From positions 319,424,001-319,488,000 of the forward strand of contig OZ024742.1 in assembly GCA_964016885.1 (NCBI GenBank): a stretch of DNA of 64,000 nt, read 5' to 3'. Source of the DNA: Eledone cirrhosa. Its lineage: Eukaryota. This document shows, piece after piece, positions 56,287-64,000 of this stretch (position 1 is the stretch's first letter; every line of letters begins with the position of its first letter). The position numbers were made by a program, and so were the translations under genes. A model generated the notes under the pieces. That model searched no databases and was not told the origin of the DNA. It worked only from the letters and a program-made list of their open reading frames with translations.

Positions 56287-59200
56287 TTACCATATTTCTA
56301 ATGCAAGAAATTATGGTTTTCAAATAATTTTGAAAATAATTATAAATTTAGTTTGTGTGGATTGTCTGATTAAGGCTGCATGTATGTGGAATATTCAAAC
56401 ACTAATATAGATTCACAATTTGGAGGTTTAGAAACAAAAGTGAATTCATCAGCATTCCTTCATTGTAAGTTAGCTAATTCTCATGGAGGTTTATGTTAAT
56501 AGATATTTTGAAATTTGCATATTGTTATTTTCAAATTTATGAAGGTACATAGCATAATAGTTAGGGTGACTCATGATCATACGGCCGTTGGTTCAATTCC
56601 TGAACTGACTGACATGTTGGGTTTTTGACACTTCATTTCATGTTACTTTTTATGATAGAACTGGGGCCCCTATCATTAAAAAAACCCGAGATGCAATCTT
56701 ATAAGAGGCCAGCTAAACCTTCATAGGTGTGAGCTGTAACAACAACAAAAACAACTTGAGCATTTACTTTGTATAATTGTAAAGACCATTAAAAAAAGAA
56801 ACTGGCACTATTTTGTTAAATGATTACTCATAATGGCATGACTATGAAAAATTATATTCAATAAGCTGGTTAGAATTTTGGAGGCTTGCCCACAGTTTTT
56901 GTCCACCCAATTTCATTCACTCAAGGTTTGAGTTGAACTGATAGTATAGTAAAGATACTTGCCCAACATGCCACACTGTGGGGTTAAAGCCAGGACCTCA
57001 TAATTGCAAAGCAAACTTCTTAACCACTCAGTTATTCCTTCATTCATTCCATTAACCCATTAGCATTTACATTACTCTATATATACTATTGTATTGTCAC
57101 AGTAAAGGATTTATCTCACATAGTTTCGAATCTGAGATTTTTATATTATTTATTTTGAGAACAATACCTTAACATAAATATGAACAGCTAATTACAGCCA
57201 GTTTGAACCGAAAGAGGTGAGAGAATTCTGGCCAGATACAGCCGGTTTAAATGCTAAATATGCCACCATATTTTTAATGAAAAACACTGCCTATGATTTT
57301 CAAATAATTTTAAATAACAAAGTTTCTTTAGTTAGAAATATAGTAACGAAAGAGATAAACACTTTAAAAGCATGTTTTCTTTTTATATCACAAAACCAAC
57401 AACAGTTTTGTATCGAAAGGGTCAAGTTATATACATACCCTGAATATAACAATGTATTTTCAAATGGCTAAAATGGCCCTGCCACTATTTCTGATTAGAT
57501 TTACTGTTAGGAGAGGCTTATTATCTGAGTTAATAGTGTAAATTGTTTAAACGCATCCTTATCATAGATGAAGTAGATTAATCTACTCACTTTAGCCTAT
57601 CCAAATGAAAAGCAGGAAAAAATAAAAAGCAAAACACTTGACCTAATAATTTTTGTTGCAGTTTGTAGACAATTTATATAATGAAGGTGACAATAGTGCC
57701 AAAAGTACAGTAATAGCATAGTATTTAACCTTTTCATTACCATATTTCTAAAGAAAACCAGTCTGATTTTGAAAATTAAAAAAATTGGTGGGATTTAGAA
57801 ATGTAATTAGCTTTCTCATTATTAAGTTGGTGTTTTATTAAGAAAGGTTTGTACACAAAATTACATTGGAAATTTTTGAGATAAATATAAATACTTTTGA
57901 ATAAACAGCTATGTGTTCTAAAACCAGAGGCAGTTTCAGGTGATTTTATATCAAAAGAATGAAGATGAATAGACTCTGAAGTAACAAAGAATTTCTCTTA
58001 GTATCAAAATGCAGATTATGTGGATGGGAGAGTGGGTGGTGAGAGCTGAGGATGTTCAAACTAGAGATGAATTAGTTTAACATCATTTGTTGGATACCTA
58101 AATCTAACCCTTTTGATACCAAACCACATGAAACCAAACCTTGTTTTATGATATAAAATGTTTATGTTAGAACCATTAAGTTATATTCCTAACACAAGTT
58201 CAATGTGAAAGTTAGTTGTACTACTAAATACTTTCAACTTCTTAATTACTAAATTAATTGGAAATTATAGGCAATATCTTTCACAAGGAATGTTACAAAA
58301 TGGTAAACATAGAGTTGGAGAGAACTCATATTTGGCAAGAAGTTATTAGGTTGGATTGAGGAACATTGGTCTTCATAGATGTAAAGGATTAAGATCTATT
58401 CAGATAATCTGTTGTATGTAAAATTGACATAGTATTGATGAACATTTTAAAACCTAACTTTAGATTAGGAATAACAATGCAAATGAAAACTATAGATGAA
58501 AATATTTAAGAGGATTGACTAAATTTGGTGGTTTATTGATAAAAAAATTTCAAGTAACTTGTATTTAATCCTTAATAAATTTGGAATATTTAATTTTGAA
58601 AGACATGGCATTATGCTTGGAGAGTTGCCTTTGTTCATTATCTTCTTTTGACCTTCCATTACCAAAATTCTGTCTTTCAATGTTATTATCTTAAACTGCT
58701 ATCTTAACTGACCTTAACTCTCATTGCTGCAGGTTATAAACTCTAAGTGGAAGCACATGACAAATTCACATTGATTCTGATTGTTATGTTAAGTACTCAC
58801 CTACTAGACACTTGCCAAATAAGATTTTCTTATAAGTGTAGTTTCAGTTGTTTTGTCCTGTGTCTAGCATTATTACAATGATTTTTTTCTGTTGTTATGG
58901 GTTTTGTTACTTTTGTAATTTATTTTATTTTCATTAATAGATTATTCAATTATATTATTATGATCCCTTTAGAATGGGTATTTTAACAATAAAAAAGAAG
59001 TCAATCAGCATTGTTCTAAAGATAACCACTGACTAAGCTATATAAGTTTCATTTTCTAGATTCATAGAATTAACTATTGACAGTTTTAACAATTATCTAT
59101 TCAAACTTTCTTAGTTTATTTGTCTTTGTAACTAGATTACCACAAATAAATTTTTTTTAAATTTAAAAGCATAATTTGTGGGAAATCTGGATGTTATTTT

Positions 59201-60679
59201 TAACAGGTTGTTGTCTCATACATTTTAAGCATTTTGGGGGCAAATTTGATAATTTACCACTTTTGAAGCAAGTGTTTGAACAGTTATGTACTTTTTCCAA
59301 TAGTTAACACAAAGTTGTACCTGTATTGAGATAGACAAAAATGAGTAAAGTACTGTTTTCCCGAGATCAATGATGACATTTTTATAACTAAAATAAGTAA
59401 AAAAGTTGACTGTATCTTAAAGGACGAAGGTTACATTTTTCATGAGCCAATTTTAACCAAAGAGAAAGATTATCTAAGCTAGACAGTTATCTAAACTTCT
59501 GTATATGACCTCTGAGATAGCAAATAAACAAAAAGTATTATAAAAAAGACAGGTAAGTGTTGAATTCATTTCCTTATTGGTAGGCCAGCCTCCTAACTAT
59601 TAGTAATTTACATGCATCTCAGTTTTATCTTGGTGAAGTATGTGAAAATGCTAAGACCTTTTAATATATGATGGGTTTCTTTACAATTTCTGTCTACCAA
59701 ATTAACTCACAATGCCAATTGGTTGGTCTAAGGTGGGATGGAAACAGAGATAACATCGTTGCAAAACAGTCGTCTTAACCACACAGTAATATGCATGTAT
59801 ATACACGAAAGGTTTCTGGCTACTCACAATGCATAATGTTTTTGTTTTTTTTAAATTATCTATTTTTTCTATGCTAGGATGGATTGTATATTTCTGAAAA
59901 TAGAGATATTTCCATATATTTTTGGGCAGATCAATCAATAGATTATTGGTTAGTGTGTTGAGGTTTTGGTGATTGAAATGACTAATTTTCTTTGGAATAG
60001 TAGCAGCTTAAACTAATTGATTTCCCCCACCCCCACATGGCATGGAGCCTTCAGTTAGATTGAGGTACCTTTACTATAACACAATAACTTTCTTTACAAA
60101 GAAATAAATCTGGGGGAAATTTTGTATTTGTTGAATACAAATATGTACAAACATATATTATGTAATTTGTTGCATTGCAGGTCTGCAGGGAATGTGAGTG
60201 GAAGTGTCTGTTGGTTGTCTGTATTTGTGTTTGTATATGTGTACAGACACACACACACCACACACGTGTAATATGTGAATATTTCTGCAATAATCTATAA
60301 AAAGAAAATGTTAGCCAATATCTCACTTATTCTGTAAGAGCAAAACCTCAAAATATCTTCACTGCATAATATATATTTCTAAATCATCATTTTTCTTATT
60401 AAACTTCCTTGCTATTCTGGGGATTTTTATAACTGTGCTACACTATTCTGAAGCAGTAATTATTATTATTCTTATATTGAAACACATAAATGATGAGAAT
60501 AATTCTTATCCTTTTGTTAACATATTTCTAAAGAAAGACACTGCCTATGAATTTCAGATAATTTGAAAATAATCAAGAATTATAACTAATTTTCTGATTA
60601 TCAAGATGGTGTTTGGAACATAACTGAACAAAGGTCTTTATATAAAACCATTTTTGTTTTTTATTTTAAAAGTCTGTCA

Positions 60680-60870
60680 GTTAATAATTGTTTCTACATT
60701 TGGCACAAGACCACCAATTATCCCAGTGCATTACTGGTACTTTATTTTATCGACCCTGTAAGGATGAAAGGCAAAATGAACCTTAGCAGGATTTGAACTC
60801 AGACCGCAAAGGGCTGTAATTCTATGCGTCAAAGCATGGTGTCTGACCCTCTGCCAAATCGCTGCCCTCC
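60680..60870 (-). mobile_element. tRNA-derived SINE, same family as 54472-54663
   Basis: Reverse-complement match including GGATTTGAACTC and CTGGTACTTTATTTTATCGACCC. Confidence 0.85.
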
Positions 60871-61762
60871 ATGATGACAATAGCAAAGGTGGCATTATCT
60901 CTGATTTTGACATAAATTTGAGGGTTGATGGTGGTGCTTTATTTATCAACCACAGAAAAATGAAAGGCAATGTCCATCCCACAGGATTTGAATTTTGAAT
61001 GTAAAGGGATAAAACACAATGCTGCCAGCCATTTTCTCTGTAACTCCTGTATAGAATGAAAGCAGCCAGTTTCTTGTTTTCAGTTTATTGCTTATGAAGG
61101 CAAGTGGTGTTGATTTCTTAGAGAGGCACCCATAGGCATTGAGGAGTGTTATTTGACCTCTTAAGTCAAGTGTGTGTGTGTGTGTGTGTGGAAACTAATG
61201 AAAATAGCCATCAACTCATATTGTGGAAGTTGATCAGGTAATTGACATAATTCTCCATGCCATGAAGACAGTCTTGTTTGTTTTTTATTTATTTATTTAT
61301 TTTTTTGGTTGAAAACTCCACCTGGATAAAAAGGCCCCATCGTGCTTAGATGTGAGTATGGGAGCAACCAACTCAGCAGGGGCTACAGACCTGATAGGCT
61401 TGTATATACTCCAGAAACTAATAAAATGGTTTCCTGCTCTCAGAAGGCCTGTATAGAGATGACAGACTCATAACTCTTACCGGACCGGGTATGGCATCTC
61501 CAGATATTCTACCTAAATAGTAAACAGGTGTGGGCGCTGTTTGTGAGGCAGGCCTTTCTGTAGCTTGTCTCTTTGCCTGATCTGCAGTCCTGGGTCAAGA
61601 AGGGACTGAGACTGGGTGCCTGGCATCTGGAATGTTGCCAGACGCTCACTGCCTTCTACCAGGCAGGAAATGCGGCCAGTGGAACTTCCACTCCCGAGTT
61701 CTATAGGATTAATGGTGGGCAAGTGCGACGACATACTCGGAGAGGGTCTGGGAGTGGTGGTG

Positions 61763-62392
61763 GTGATGATCCGCCGCCGTTTAACGTGCGGGTTCCACGC
61801 ATGCATGGGTTTGGACGGGGGTAGCCCCACTTGAGGCAAGAGTGATTGTCTTGCTCGCATAGGACTGTCTGGCAGGTTTTCTACAGTTGGATGCTCTCCC
61901 TAACACCAACCACATTTACAGTGTGGGTCTGGGAGGTTTTTACCGTGTTGCCTACACGGCCACATTACAGCGTGGACTGTGTGTTTTTTTGTCGTGACAC
62001 CTACACGACCTCATTTGTTTCGGCCTGGATGGCGCGGCACCAACATAACTTTACATAGAACGGGGTGGTGTGGATGGGGTGGGGGTGGTGGTGGTGGTGG
62101 GACGGGGTGTATTTTGTTAGAGATGCCTACTGGCTGGAGTAGGTTTTACTATATATTTAGGTAAGGCGGGTCTTCTCTATTACTGAGTACCGCCAAAGGT
62201 CTCGGTCCAGTGACATTGTCTTGGAGAGGTGTAAGTGTGTGATGTCGGAGTTTATCAGCTCGTCCCAGGTTTTTCTAGGTCTGCCTATTCCGTGACTACC
62301 GTCTATCTTTATTGCCCTGCACTTTGTTATACAGCTATCGACTTTCATGCGCATCACGTGTCCATACCAACGTAGCCTTCTCTCGAGTAAAC
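61763..62392 (-). mobile_element. RTE LINE 3' fragment
   Basis: [13 protein letters not shown]...EKTRLT plus 3' UTR, close to 55650-56270. Confidence 0.92.
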
Positions 62393-62402
62393 ATAGATAT
62401 GT

Positions 62403-62651
62403 CAATGACAGAACAGTCCACACTGTAAGGTGGCCGTGTAGGAGACACGGTGAAAAGGCTCCCAGTCCACACTGTAAATGTGGTTGGTGTTAGGAAGGGT
62501 ATCTAGCTGTAAAAAAAACCTGTCAGACGCTTCCATGCGAGCGAGACATGGTCTCCTGACCATTCCTGCATCAAATGGAACAAAACCGTCTAACCCATGA
62601 TAGTGTGGAAGCTGGACGTTAAACGATGATGATGATGATGATGATGATGAT
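62403..62651 (+). mobile_element. RTE LINE 3' UTR fragment with (GAT)n tail
   Basis: Similar to 2000-2188. Confidence 0.85.
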
Positions 62652-62817
62652 GTTATATTGTTATATTTGGGGAGGGTCATATTGTTATAATATTGCCAGA
62701 AATAATAATAAAACACACTGTTTGGTTTGGATTGGTTTTCACTTCTGTATCTTTTATATCTCCATAGTTAATTTATCTGGCAATCATTGTTTATTGATTG
62801 ACCATATATATATATAT

Positions 62818-64000
62818 CATCATCATCATCATCACCGTTTTACGTCCGTTCTTTCACGCTAGCATGGGTTAGGCGGGTTGTCATGTTGTGGGCAGTGTCT
62901 GGTCGGCTGACCATGCCTTGCTCATACAGGAACTGATTTGGCTTGATTTCTACAGCTGGATGCCCTTCCTAACACCAACCTCATTTACAGTGAGTACTGG
63001 GTGCTTTTTCGTGGCGCCTACACTGTCCACTTTACAGTGTGGGCTGGGTGCTTTTTTGCCGTGGCCCCTCCATGACCACCATGCAGTGGGGGGTGTCGGG
63101 GCATATTGTCTATATGCTTCAGCTTGTACCCATGGGAGGTCGGTACTCTGTATTACTGCATGACGCCAGAAGTCACGGCTTTTGAGAAGTGTAATTGGGT
63201 AAGGTCGGCTTTTATCACCTCATCCCAGGTCATCTTCGGTCTCCCCACTCCGCGGTTTCCATCGACTTCTAGTGCTTTGCACCTTTTTATGCAGCTGTCA
63301 TCCTTCATACGCATCACATGTCCATACCAACGCAACCGCCTCCTGCACACAGCATTTGATTCCTCTTATGCTCAGTCTCTCTATCTCAATTCATTTATGC
63401 TTTGTCGTTCGCGTATATTACTATTACACATCCATCGGAGCATGCAGGCTTCGTTTCTCTCTAATCTACGTAAGTCTTCCACCTTCAGCGCCCAGGTCTC
63501 ACTACCATGTAACATTGCTCTTCGGATACACGCATCATACAGTCTACCTTTCATTTTGAGGGAGAAGCCTTTTACAGCTAGCAGTGGTAGTAGTTCCCTG
63601 AACTTCTTCCATCCCGTTCTTACCCTAGTTATTGTACTTTCTGAACACCCACCTCCGCTGCTAATTCGGTCACCTAGGTAGCAGAAGCTGTCTACTGTCT
63701 CTACAGAGCCTTCCTAGAGATTGGTGGTACTTGTTTCCTGTGGCTGTTTGCTGCTTGCTGTCCCAGTACAGCTGCTGCATGTGAAGCCTACATTCTTAAT
63801 TAGGCTTCCTGATATCCTGCTACATCTCTTGTGTACCCATTGTTTGCATTTGGGGCAGAGAATGGAGTTCCTACCTACACCTTTCCTACATACTGAGCAA
63901 GGCCATTTCCCTGAGGGGATCTAGGTTCTGTTTTCTCGTCTACTTACAAGGACCTTAGTCTTTGTCATGTTGACTTTGAGACCCTTTCTTTCTAGTCCCT
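62818..64000 (-). mobile_element. RTE LINE 3' portion, runs off the window
   Basis: Close copy of 2400-3590 with a (CAT)n tail. Confidence 0.94.

Overview
AT-rich, repeat-dense animal genomic DNA with one 200-N assembly gap (24651-24850). The SINE/LINE repertoire, the actin intron position and the large (TA)n tracts suggest a coleoid cephalopod such as an octopus (inference). Two host genes are supported: three 3' exons of a mitochondrial fission regulator (MTFR1/2 family, + strand, 9861-12275) and a convergent actin gene (- strand). For actin, only the large second coding exon (18711-19715) and nearby CArG boxes were found. The rest is mostly mobile DNA: many RTE-clade LINE copies, CR1-type LINEs, a Chapaev3-like DNA transposon, tRNA-derived SINEs, MITEs, and three different Penelope-like elements packed into 37-44 kb. 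The most unusual signals are RNA structures. (1) A 226-bp indel-free hairpin at 52832-53288 whose arm differences are about 34 G.U pairs, one U.U and no A.C on the + strand, with an ADAR-like neighbour bias. (2) A 310-bp tandem/inverted repeat array with four minimal hammerhead ribozymes, resembling a retrozyme. (3) Further hammerheads at Penelope 3' ends. (4) An in-frame TGA at a conserved Cys of a Penelope ORF. All counts are by eye and no database searches were run.
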